Assembly (NCBI RefSeq): GCF_963921235.1 | Contig: NC_086098.1 | Location: 155,310,001-155,374,000 of the forward strand | DNA: 64,000 nt | Direction of reading: 5' to 3' | Source: Mobula hypostoma | Taxonomy: Eukaryota | Shown here: positions 13,431 to 24,334 of the stretch, piece by piece | Position numbering within the stretch: position 1 is the stretch's first letter | Layout: each line of letters opens with the position of its first letter | Program-made: the position numbers and the translations under genes | The notes under the pieces: model-generated | What the model was told of the DNA's origin: nothing | The model's input: only the letters and a program-made list of their open reading frames with translations | Database searches by the model: none

Positions 13431-13574
13431 AGGCCTCTCATAGAGTGAGGATTCAGCTGTGACAATGGTGCTACCAAGCCGACTGTTCAGTCCAGATAAT
13501 GCATTTTGTTAGTTGTTATACGGCTGTGCCTATGAGTGTAAGTAGAACATATTATATCACACTAGATTAGAACT

Positions 13575-13835
13575 AGGCATCATATGTTTAGGGTGAAAGA
13601 TGAATTATTTAAGGGGAATCTGAAGGGGAACTTCTTCACTCAGAGAGTGGAGGGAGTTGCCAGTGGAAGTGTTAGATGTGGGTTTAATTGTAACATTTAA
13701 GAGGTTCGGGTATGTACATGGATGAGAGAAGTATGGAGGGCGATGGTCTGGCTGCAGGTCGTTGAAACTAGGCAGAAAACTAGGTTAGCACAGACTAGAT
13801 GGGACAAAGGCATGTTTCTGTGCTGTAGTGCTCTG
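13575..13835 (+). mobile_element. CR1 3' end fragment
   Basis: RTRH..FRVK..LFKG.L.GNFFTQRV and tgtttctgtgctgta tail. Confidence 0.7.
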
Positions 13836-15374
13836 TCCACAGAGCTAGATATGTTGTGTGGATATCAGTGGTTCCCAAAGTGGTTGATATTGAACTCCTG
13901 GGGAGGTGGGAGTTTCTAGTGTGGAAATAAAGATAAAAGGCAGTTAGGGGTGCTTGATGGTGGGAGGGGGGATTCTGAGGGATTACAGGCTTAATTTAAG
14001 AAATGAATTAGCTATTATAAGTATTTGGTCCTCAGTGCCTCAAAATTGACTGCAATGATCAGGTAATCACATCTCTTGCTAACCTACTGTCCTCATAGAC
14101 TTTGCTTGAAGTGCATTATAGTTGTTGAAAAGCAATGTGACACTTCTGTCATTGGCATATCATGAGAATTCTGGACTGAAGAATCTGTGTTATTTCCAGG
14201 CCTGTTCACTACTGTAGTACATTGTTAGCTAGTACAGTTCATCCACCTTATTCCGAATGCTATGTGCACTTAAATACAGCATCTTCAATGCTTTAAGCTT
14301 AAACCACATAAGCAATTTGTATCTCTCTGACGTTGAGGCCTCAAAGATTATCCTGCCCTTTCTCAATCTTCTTACCAAGATATACTTCCTCATTATACCA
14401 GCAGCCCCATGTACTGTACCTTCAGAGTCTGTTGCAAACCTCCTCACTGTTCACCGTGTCTTTGTGCCTTTTCAACATTTACAAACACAGGAAAGTCTGC
14501 AGGTGCTGGAAATCCAAAGCAACACTAACAAACTAAGCATCAATTGTTTCTGTGATCATATCTTTCAGATGTAGCTACAAGATTTACATACTTAATCTTA
14601 TAGGACTATACTTCCACAAGGTATATTTTTTAATCTTATGATGACCCAGCTTTAAGGTGAAAAAATACTATATAGATTTTTAAAAACCTGCTTATTCCTC
14701 TCATAATTTTTCTTTCCCCAGCTAGCACGCAATTCTTGTGCAGCTTCGCAGATGCCACAGGGAATGCACCTTCCAACTCTTCCTCCATCTGGAAGAAACT
14801 GTTTCTTCCTCGGGCATTTTTATACAATTACAACCAAGAGCACTAACTGCACATTAGAATTTCTATGCTAATTCTACTATTCTTTCTTGTGATTGCTTCA
14901 GAATGATATTTTCTTTTCTGCTGCACTCTACACTCCATGTTCAGAAGTTTTACTCGGAAGACTTTTTTAAAAATTTAGCATTTCCTTTTGTAACTAGCTG
15001 ATAGTTTGCTTTGATATGGGCTAAACTCTGCCATTTTCCTTGATTTCCTTTCATTTATATCTCTGTTACTTTCCTCATTACCCCGCTATTCCTTTGTAAT
15101 TCTCAGATGTGGCCAAGGTATTCTGTTACACAGTATACTGTTTTAGCATGCTTTACGATCAAATTCTATCAAAACTCTGACTATGATCAAGTGTTTAGTG
15201 CACAGACAGTGGACTTCAGCAAATCTGTCATTCCATGTACACACGGGATGTGTGCTGTAACATCAAGCAGAACTAATGCACATTCTGATGTCAGTTACTG
15301 AAAAATATTTGTGTGTATGCAAGGTCAATGGATAGCACAAACCACTCACAGTAAAGATAATTGAACTAGGAAGC

Positions 15375-15375
<1 letters not shown>

Positions 15376-15438
<63 letters not shown>
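15376..15438 (+). repeat. (GT)n microsatellite, ~31 units
   Basis: Direct observation. Confidence 0.98.
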
Positions 15439-15439
<1 letters not shown>

Positions 15440-15894
15440 TGAGGGGGGCAGCATTGGGAGTTATTGATGGAGGCCTTATTCAGCATTTGGTGTGGTTTGC
15501 TGTCAGGGGTTCAAGGCAGTTTTGTGATTTGCTTCTTTTTTGCTCCCATCCCTTCCCTGCCTCCGACCTGCACACAACCCAATCCAGGCCCCAATCGGTT
15601 GTCCAACCAACACCCTCTTTCTAATAACTGATGTCACCCCCTGAACACTGATCTCTTGTCTGCACAGCCCTTTCCTGAGTTTCTCCCTTCCCCTCATACT
15701 TACTCTGCCCTGATTGACCCTCAACTTCCTGTAGCAATGGCAGGTTATTAATTATGGTGTTATTTAAAGTAGGCAATAGCCTATAGTGACTGTGCTGGCC
15801 AGGGTACAGCTCTCAATCACACACCTCTACATGGAATGGTTGCACTGCTCACCACAGCCCACCCAATAACTCACAGACCACTCCAGGCTATTGG

Positions 15895-16770
15895 AGTGAA
15901 CCTGATGGAAACATATTGAAAGGACAAGATAAAGTGGACACACAGAGGATGCTTCCATTAGTGGGAGAGTCTAGGACTAGAGGGCATAGCATCAGACTAG
16001 AAGGACGTTCCTTTAGAACAGAGATGAGGAATTCCTTCAGCCAGACGGTGGTGAATCTGGGGAATTCATTGCCATATTTGGCTGTGGTATACAAAGTGGA
16101 GGTTCTTGATTAGCAAGGGTGCCAATGGTTACAGGGAGAATTATAGCAAAGATGTCAACAAAATAGAGAGAGTACAGAGAAGATTTACAAGAATGTTGCT
16201 TGGGTTTCATCACCTTTGTTACAGAGAAAGGTTGAACAAGTTGGGTCTTTATTCTTTGGAGCATAGAGGGTTGAGGGGTGATTTGATAGAGGTATTTAAA
16301 ATTATGAGGGGGATAGATAGAGTTGACATGGATAGGCTTTTTCCATTGAGAGTGGGGAAGATTCAAACAAGAGGACATGAGTTGTGAGTTAAAGGACAAA
16401 AGTTTAGGGGTAACATGAGGAGGAACTTCTTTACTCAGGGAGTTGTGGCTGTGTGGAACGAGCTTCCAGCAGAAGTGGTTGAGGCAGGTTCAGTGTTGTC
16501 ATTTAAAGTTAAATTGTATAGCTATATGGACAGGAAGGGAATGGAGGGTTATGGGCTGAGTGCAGGTCAGTGGGACTAGGTGAGAGTAAGAGTTTGGCAT
16601 GGATTAGAAGGGCTGAGATGGCCTGATTCTGTGCTGTAATTGTTATATGGTTATATGGAGAAGGTAGAAAAATGGGATTATGAGGGAAAATACATCAGCC
16701 ATGATCAAATGTTAGAGGAGACATGATGGGCCAAATGGCCTAACTTGGTCCTATGTTGTGTGGTTGATGT
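15895..16770 (+). mobile_element. CR1 3' end with a second CR1 3' fragment (~16141-16655) nested inside
   Basis: Outer copy breaks at atggttacagggagaa and resumes at ggagaaggtag; inner copy encodes IERVQRRFTRML..LYSLE..RGDLIEVFKI and has a (ttatatgg) tail. Confidence 0.8.
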
Positions 16771-16869
16771 CATTCAATATTAATAACAAAGGACCAATCA
16801 GATAGTGAGCACCACAGCACAGTTGGATCGCATTATTCAGTGAGAATAAAGGAGCTCTGTTATCATTAA

Positions 16870-17190
16870 AATTAGTTAGTTAAGCCTGTCACCCCTACAG
16901 GGGCATAAACCATCGACAGCAGCTTGCCAGAGTCTTCTGTCCTGGCCCAGTCTGGTGGTGGTCCTGGATGACAGAAGGGTGATTGGGCCAGTGGCTTCCA
17001 TGAAGCGGCTTTCACCACACAATTCCATGCATCTTCTGGGTGAAGATCCTCCCTCTCCCAGGAATGAGGTCTTTGGAGCTTCTGCTGGCACTTTTGTAGC
17101 ATTGAGTTTTTACAGGATGGGATTGCTAGCCCCAGGCCCATCGCCCCTCCCTTCACAGCCAGTCTTGGGATCGTCCATGGCAGTGTTATC
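16870..17190 (-). mobile_element. RTE-derived short element
   Basis: RTE-like C-terminus LGQDRRLWQAAVDGLCPCRG followed by a (taac)n tail. Confidence 0.65.
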
Positions 17191-17204
17191 ATTAAGATTA
17201 TCAC

Positions 17205-19154
17205 TATGATTAAGTGCCGACCACTCAACTTATTGAGAGGGTTTCCTACTGTGATCCTGACCTCACTTTATACAATGCCAAAAGGAGACATTAAGCCAGT
17301 CCTCAATGTATTGAGTGCCGTGATGTTCAAATAGAAAACAGTTTACCCTGATGCCTTTCACATTCTCCCCAGGCACTTCAGTCAGGCTAGCTTGAAGAAA
17401 TCTTTGCCTGGTTACTATCAGCACATCACATGCAGCACCAGGAGCCCCATCACTCTTAACCATTGCTGGATCACCATCAAGATTGTCTACAGTTCCAAAC
17501 CTAGATGGCATTTCATAAAATCTGATCATCTGGCTGTCCTCCTTCTATCTGCATACAGGCGAAGACTAAAGAGAAAGGCATCAGAGGTAAGGACAACAAA
17601 GAGGTGGTTGCAGGAGACAGATGAGCAGTTATGAGATTGCTTTGAGTTAGTGGACAGGCCTATGTTCAAGGTCTCATTAGAGGACCTGAATGACACCATA
17701 CCTGTCACGGACTCTATAAAGACAAATGTGGATGAGTATGTCTCCACAAAATCAGATTCTTCCCCAACCTGAAACTCTGGATGGATCAAGAAATCCTCAA
17801 TCTACAGAGGGCTAGATTGGTTGTATTTATGTAGTGACTAAGGAAACTACAAAAGGTTCAGCCATGTATGACTGCCAGAAAGCTATCTCATATGCGAAGT
17901 GCCAATTCCGGACCAAGCTTGAATCACAGGAGGATGCTTGACAGCTAAGGCAGGGGTTGAATGCTATCACTTCCTTCAAATCAAAAACAAGTGATATATG
18001 TGACAACAAGATTTCGCTCCAAGACGAGCTCAATGCTTGCTTTGACCAAAAGAACATGAAAACACCTGCACCAATTCCCACAGCCCTGGACAACCCTGTG
18101 ATTTCAGTCTCTGAGGCTGATGAGAAAGCACCCTTTAGGCAGATGAACACACAAAAAACATCTGGCCCACTCAGGGAACTTGGAGCGTTCAGTGATATCT
18201 TCAACTTCTTGCTTCAGCAGTCTGAGGTACCCAGCAGTTTCAAGCAGGCTTCAATCATACTGGAACTTGCCTCAATGACTATCATCCACATATCCACTGT
18301 GATGAAGTGCTTTGAGAGGTTGTCAATGAAATATATGTGGTCCAATTTGCCGACTGGCACAACATGTCAAAAACAGATGCCATTTCACTGACTCTTCACT
18401 CAGCCCTGGAACATCTGGGCAATGAAGATGAATACATCACGATGCTCTTCATTGATTGCAGTTCAGCATTCAACACTATCACCTTCTCAAAACTAATCAA
18501 TAAGCTCCAAGACTTAGGCCTCGGTACCTCTTTGCGCAACTGGATCCTTAATTTCCTCACCTGATGTCAGAGGATTTGTCCTGGGACCAGAATGTAAGTG
18601 TCATTGCAAAGAAGACACGGCAGCACCAATACTTTCTTATAAGCTTCTCAATATCTGGCATGTCATCTAAAACCCTGACAAACTTCTATAGATGCACAGT
18701 GGAGAATATGTTGCATCACAGCCTAGTATGGAAAGAACAATGCCCTTGAACGGAATAGCTCAGAAAAAGTACATCTGCATGGAGCATTGCCACAAGAAAG
18801 CGGCATCCATCATCAAGAACACCCACCATCCAGACCATGTTCTCTTCTCTCTGCTGCCACCAGGAAGGAGGTAGAGGCGCCTTTGGTCACACACCACCAG
18901 GTTCAGGAACAGTTATTACCCTGTAACCATCAGGCTTCTGCACCAGCGTGGATAACATCACCTAACCCAACATTGATTCTACAACGTATGGACTCATTTT
19001 CAATGACTCTACAAATAAGTATTATTTATTGACTTACTGTTCTTTTTATATTTGCACAGTTTATTTTCTTTTGCACGTTGTCAGTCTCGTTTGTGTACAG
19101 ATTTTTAAAAACTAATTCTTATTTCTTTCTTCTGTTTCGAATGTCTGCAAGAAA
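17205..19154 (+). mobile_element. Decayed Rex1/Babar-like LINE (APE end + RT); its 3' tail resumes at 21070-21135
   Basis: KSDHLAVLL, STVMKCFERL, MLFIDCSSAFNTI, NFYRCTVE motifs; tail ..ttgataataaatttactttgaact. Confidence 0.85.
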
Positions 19155-21069
19155 CCAAGAGGAAACCAAGAAGGTCATTAAGAGAGAAAAGATTAACTAT
19201 GAAAGGAAGCTAGCAAATAATATCGAAGAGGATACTAAAAGCTTTTTCAAGTATATAAAGAGTAAAAGACAGGTGAGAGTAGATATAGGACTGATAGAAA
19301 ATGATGCTGGAGAAATTGTAATGGGAGATGAGGAGATGGCAGAGGAACTGAACAAGTATTTTGCATCAGTCTTCACTGAGGAAGACAGCAGTATACCGGA
19401 CACTCAAGGGTGGCAGGGAAGAGAAGTGTGCGCAGTCACAATTACGACAGAGAAAGTACTCAGGAAGCTGAATAGTCTAAAGGTCGATAAATCTCCTGGA
19501 CCAGATGGAATGCACCCGCGTGTTCTGAAGGAAGTAGCTGTGGAGATTGCGGAGGCATTAGCGATGATCCTTCAAAAGTCGATAGGTTCTGGCATGGTTC
19601 CGGAGGACTGGAAGATTGCAAATGTCACTCTGCTATTTAAGAAGGGGGCAAGGAAGCAAAAAGGAAATTGTAGACCTGTTAGCTTGACATCCGTGGTTGG
19701 GAAGTTGTTGGAGTCGATTGTCAAGGATGAGGTTACAGAGTACCTGGAGGCATATGACAAGATAGGCAAAACTCAGCATGGATTCCTTAAAGGAAAATCC
19801 TGCCTGACAAACCTATTACAATTTTTTGAAGAAATTACCAGTAGGCTAGACAAGGGAGATGCAGCACATGTTGTATATTTGGATTTTCAGAAGGCCTTTG
19901 ACAAGGTGCCACACATGAGGCTACTTAACAAGATAAGAGCCCATGGAATTACGGGAAAGTTACATACGTGGATAGAGCGTTGGCTGATTGGCAGGAAACA
20001 GAGAGTGGGAATAAAGGAATCCTATTCTGGTTGGCTGTCGGTTACCAGTGGTGTTCCGCAGGGATCAGTGTTGGGGCCGCTTCTTTTTACATTGTACATC
20101 AAGGATTTAGATTATGGAATAGATGGCTTTGTGGCTAAGTTTGCTGACGATATGAAGGTAGGTGGAGGGGCCGGTAGTGCTGAGGAAACGGAGAGTCTGC
20201 AGAGAGACTTGGATAGATTGGAAGAATGGGCAGAGAGGTGGCAAATGAAGTACAATGTTGGAAAGTGTATGGTTATGCACTTTGGCAGAAAAAATAAACT
20301 GGCAGACTATTATTTAAATGGGGAAAGAATTCAAAGTTCTGAGATGCAACGGGACTTGGGAGTCCTCGTACAGGATTCCCTTAAAGTTAACCTCCAGGTT
20401 GATTCAGTAGTGAAGAAGGCGAATGCAATGTTGGCATTCATTTCGAGAGGAATAGAGTATAGGAGCAGGGATGTGATGTTGAGGCTGTATAAGGCGGTGG
20501 TGAGACCTCACTTGGAGTACTGTTGGCAGTTTTGGTTTCCTTATTTAAGAAAGGATGTGCTGACGTTGGAGAGGGTACAGAGAAGATTCACTAGAATGAT
20601 TCCGGGAATGAGAGGGTTAACATATGAGGAACGTTTGTCCGCTCTTGGACTGTATTCCTTGGAGTTTAGAAGAATGAGGGGAGACCTCGTAGAAACATTT
20701 CGAATGTTAAAAGGCATGGACAGAGTGGATGTGGCAAAGTTGTTTCCCATGATGGGGGAGTCTAGTACGAGAGGGCATGCCTTAAGGATTGAAGGGCGCC
20801 CTTTCAGAACAGAAATGCGAAGATATTTTTTTAGTCAGAGGGTGGTGAATCTATGGAATTTGTTGCCACGGGCAGCAGTGGAGGCCAAGTCATTGGGTGT
20901 ATTTAAGGCAGAGATTGATAGGTATCTGAGTGGCCAGGGCATCAAAGGTTATGGTGAGAAGGCAGGGGAGTGGGACTAAATAGGAGAAAATGGATCAGCT
21001 CATGATAAAATGGCAGAGCAGACTCGATGGGCCGAATGGGCTACTTCTGCTCCTTTGTCTTATGGTCTT
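19155..21069 (+). mobile_element. Young 5'-truncated CR1 LINE with an uninterrupted RT reading frame (to 20979)
   Basis: KSPGPDG, QHGFLKGKSCLTNL, YLDFQKAFDKVPH, GVPQGSVLGP, FADD; no stops in ~600 codons; aagaaa on both flanks; tatggtct tail. Confidence 0.95.
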
Positions 21070-21415
21070 AAGAAAAATAAACTCAGGGTAATTATCGATG
21101 AATATACTTGCTTTGATAATAAATTTACTTTGAACTATCACAGATTTGGCAGGCGAAAGAAAAACGGAAACACGGTGGAGCATCAGGAAGGGAACCAGCG
21201 CTTGCCACAAAATTCTTCTCGCGGGTAAACAAAGACAGACTGCTTCTTTCTGAATTCCAACTAACCTGATATAAAATGTGGAAATATTAGACTGAAATTC
21301 AACACGTCGCCAATTTGCATTAGCAACCTTGGTTTCAGTACTGACTTTCCCCACGGTCGCATGCTACCGGGTGAAACCTCGTCCTACCAATGCACCGATT
21401 GGCTGAATGTTGACA

Positions 21416-21680
21416 TGTTTGTCTGTCTGTATCTTGTTTTACGGCGGTTGGCATGCAGTTTAATGGTGCATTACCGCCACCCTCTGCTCCAGAATGTGCA
21501 CTAGACATACATTCTAAATCCCTTCACCCAATCACACACACACACACTCACCTACACTTCACCCTCCCATCTTTGACCATCCTAGTATCCTATTCCTGTT
21601 TATTCGTCATATTCTATAAAAAACCCCTGTACCCCTTAAAAACGCTAAAAATACCCGGACTTGTGCTCTCTCACCACATC
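21416..21680 (-). mobile_element. I/Nimb-like LINE 3' end
   Basis: Minus strand RAQVRVFLAFLRGTGVFYRI*, GT-rich UTR, ggcgg...tgca..tgca...ccgcc hairpin, (caga)n tail. Confidence 0.6.
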
Positions 21681-21699
21681 TAATTCAAGTCAGACTGAA

Positions 21700-21960
21700 C
21701 ACTGACGTTTCAGTGTAGAGGCGGGGCTTCCTTCAGACGGATAACGCTGATTGGTCAAACCAGAGCTGCGGCTTTTCCGGTGATTTGCCGAAGCGATGTC
21801 CTGGTGAGAGTTCCCGACGAGGACGAGGATGGCGAATGTTGAGTTCTGGAGGGTGAGTGTGGGCCCGGGGCTGTACCGTCTGGGGTTGCGGTACAGATCG
21901 CAGCCTTACACCACGTGGTTTTTGTTTTACTTGGCGTTAACTTGAAATTATGTGATTCCT
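21700..21960 (+). promoter_or_regulatory. C22orf39 CpG-rich promoter / first exon
   Basis: GC box gaggcgggg (~21718), reverse CCAAT gattgg (~21749), ETS-like tttccgg (~21774); CpG excess relative to flanks. Confidence 0.7.
21829..21852 (+). CDS. C22orf39: C22orf39 (UPF0545/PANTS) coding exon 1, MANVEFWR
   Basis: ATG in gaggATGG context in a CpG-rich island; AGG|gtgagt donor, phase 0; matches the 8-aa first segment of human C22orf39 (MADGSGWQ) in length and W position. Confidence 0.85.
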
Positions 21961-22039
21961 CCCAGAAACGCAAATTACCACTGTAAAAATGGGTCCGTGT
22001 TTTTGGTGGAAACATTGGTCTGTTTTGGGTCTTGATCAC

Positions 22040-22325
22040 TTTCTTTTCAGATGGTTTGCTTCTGAATTAGAGGGTATGTACTGTCAGGAGAGGTTGGATA
22101 ACATTATCAAAAGCATAGACAAATATGTATCTTCATGCCAGAGTCGAAACGTCTCCTACTGGAAAGCATGAACTTAAGACGGGTGGGGGTTAGTTCGAAG
22201 GGGATGTACTAGGCGGGTCCTATTTAACACAGATACTGTTGGGTGCCGAGAATGCGCCTCCCAGAGATGGAGGTAGATACTATAGAGGCGTTTAAGAGGC
22301 TCATGGATATGCAGAGAATGAGGAT
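22040..22325 (+). mobile_element. Decayed CR1 fragment
   Basis: Residual ELEGM...ERLD and 3' region similarity. Confidence 0.5.
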
Positions 22326-22334
22326 GCAGGGGGA

Positions 22335-23515
22335 GTCAGCTCAGCATTCAATACCATCGTCCTCCCTAAACTAATCAATAAGCTCCAAGACCTTGGCTTC
22401 AATACCTCCTCGTGCAATTGGATCCTCGATTTCCTCACTTGCAGACCGCTGTCAGTTTGGATTGGCAACAACATCTCCTCCACAATCTCCTTCACCACAG
22501 GTGCACCACAAGGCTGTGTGCTTAGCCCCCTCTACTCGCTTTACACTACTGACAGTGTGGCCAAGTCCAGCTCCAATGCCCATTTAAGTTTGCTGATGAC
22601 ACCACTGTTGTCGGCAGAATCAAAGGTGATGAATCACCATATGGGGCGGTGGGGAGATTGAAAATCTGCTGAATGGTGCCACAACAACAACCTCTTATTC
22701 AATATCAGGGAGCTGATTATTGTCTTCAGGAGGAGGAAACCAGAGGTCCATGAGTCAGTCCTCATTGGGGGATCAGAGGCGGAGAGGATTACGGACTTTA
22801 AATTCCTAGATGTAGTTTTGGAGGACCTGCCCTGAGCCCAGCACGGAAGCCATTCTTTTCTTTCTTGGTTTTGTGGCTATCTGGAGAAGAAGAATTTCAG
22901 AGTTGTATACTTTGATCATAAATGAACCTTTGAACATTTTTGGAAACACTAATGCCCTTGAATGGAAAATCCTACAAAAACTAGTGGATAAGGCCCAGTT
23001 CATCATGAGTAAAGCCCTCCCCACCTTCAAGCACATCTACATGAAATGCTGTCGCAGGAAAGCAGTTCCCATCATATGGGGATCCCACTCCCCTGCCACC
23101 AGGATATGCCCTCTTCTCACTTCTGCTATCAGAAAGAAAGTACGGAAGCCTCACACCATCAGGTTCCAGAACAGTTATTACCCCTCAACCATCAGGCTCT
23201 TGAACCAACGGGGTAACTTCACTTGCTTCGTCACTGAGACGTTCCCACAGCACTTTCGAGGACTATTCATCTCATGTTTTTGATAATTATTGCCATTTTA
23301 TTTATTATTATTATCACTATTACTTTCTTTTTTTTGTATTTGCACAGTTTGTTGTCTCCTACCCTCTGGTTGAACGCCCAAGATGGGCAGTCTTTTGTTA
23401 ATTCTGTTATCATTATTATTTTGTAGATTTATTGAGTATGACCACAAGAAAATGAATTTCAGGTTTGTATATGGTGACATATATGTGCTTTGATAATAAA
23501 TTTACTTTGAACTTT
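22335..23515 (+). mobile_element. Rex1/Babar-like LINE fragment
   Basis: SSAFNTI.., [33 protein letters not shown]; standard tail. Confidence 0.85.
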
Positions 23516-24334
23516 TGATGTGGACCATGTTCAGAAGAAGGGATTAGTTGTCAATAGCTTAACCAGTTTGACACAAGATGGCCTGTTCCTGTGCTAAATT
23601 GTTCGAGGTTCTCTGTGACGCAGATCAGCCAGGTAATGTCGGTAATTGATGAATATCTCAGTTAGGGCAACATTCTGGAATAACAACACAAAGTTTTTTT
23701 GTTGCACGTACATGCATATACTTCTGCAGAAGACGATAAACCTGGAAATGAAATGCTGGAAATACCCTGCAATTCAGGCGGAGCTGCGTCCAGCTTTCTT
23801 ATTTTTAAAATTTCAGTTTATAAATCCTTGATTGTAGTTTATCAGAATTTGTAAACTGTAATCAAGTTTATAATTTATTGTTGAGGCTGCATTTAGTAGC
23901 AAGAACTTACTGCCGGAGGTGAGCTACCTATGATCTCCACTAGCTTGGTGGATAAATGGTGCCTCTTTCTTTCTCTACTTGTTTGACGTGTTTGTAGTGT
24001 AGGCTTGCCCATGGAAGATCTCATCCACAAAACAGTTGTCAGGAGGGTCAACCATTTGCTGAAGTTTGGATAGTGGCAAAGTGCCTCATTAATCTCTGAA
24101 CTGGCCCTGGATGGAGTTTAAAACTAAACAGGGGATGGGTTCAACAGCTTGGAAAAGTATGGATAAAGTAAAAGGTAAGGAGAATGCAGGGGAGGTCACT
24201 GAAGTATCCAGAATTAAAGAATAAGGTGAAAGGTTTAGAAAGGGAGAATAATTTATCTTCAGACAACATGGAGACAAATTTGAAAAGAAGAGTCATGAAT
24301 ACATGACTGAAGATATTCTAACGATACAGGTAAA

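Noticed and set aside
15263-15624. (HT)n and (CV)n ORFs
   Set aside because: Translations of the (GT)n microsatellite.
19078-20979. 633-aa ORF as a host gene or novel RT system
   Set aside because: Standard CR1 ORF2 RT with a CR1 3' tail and other family copies in the window.
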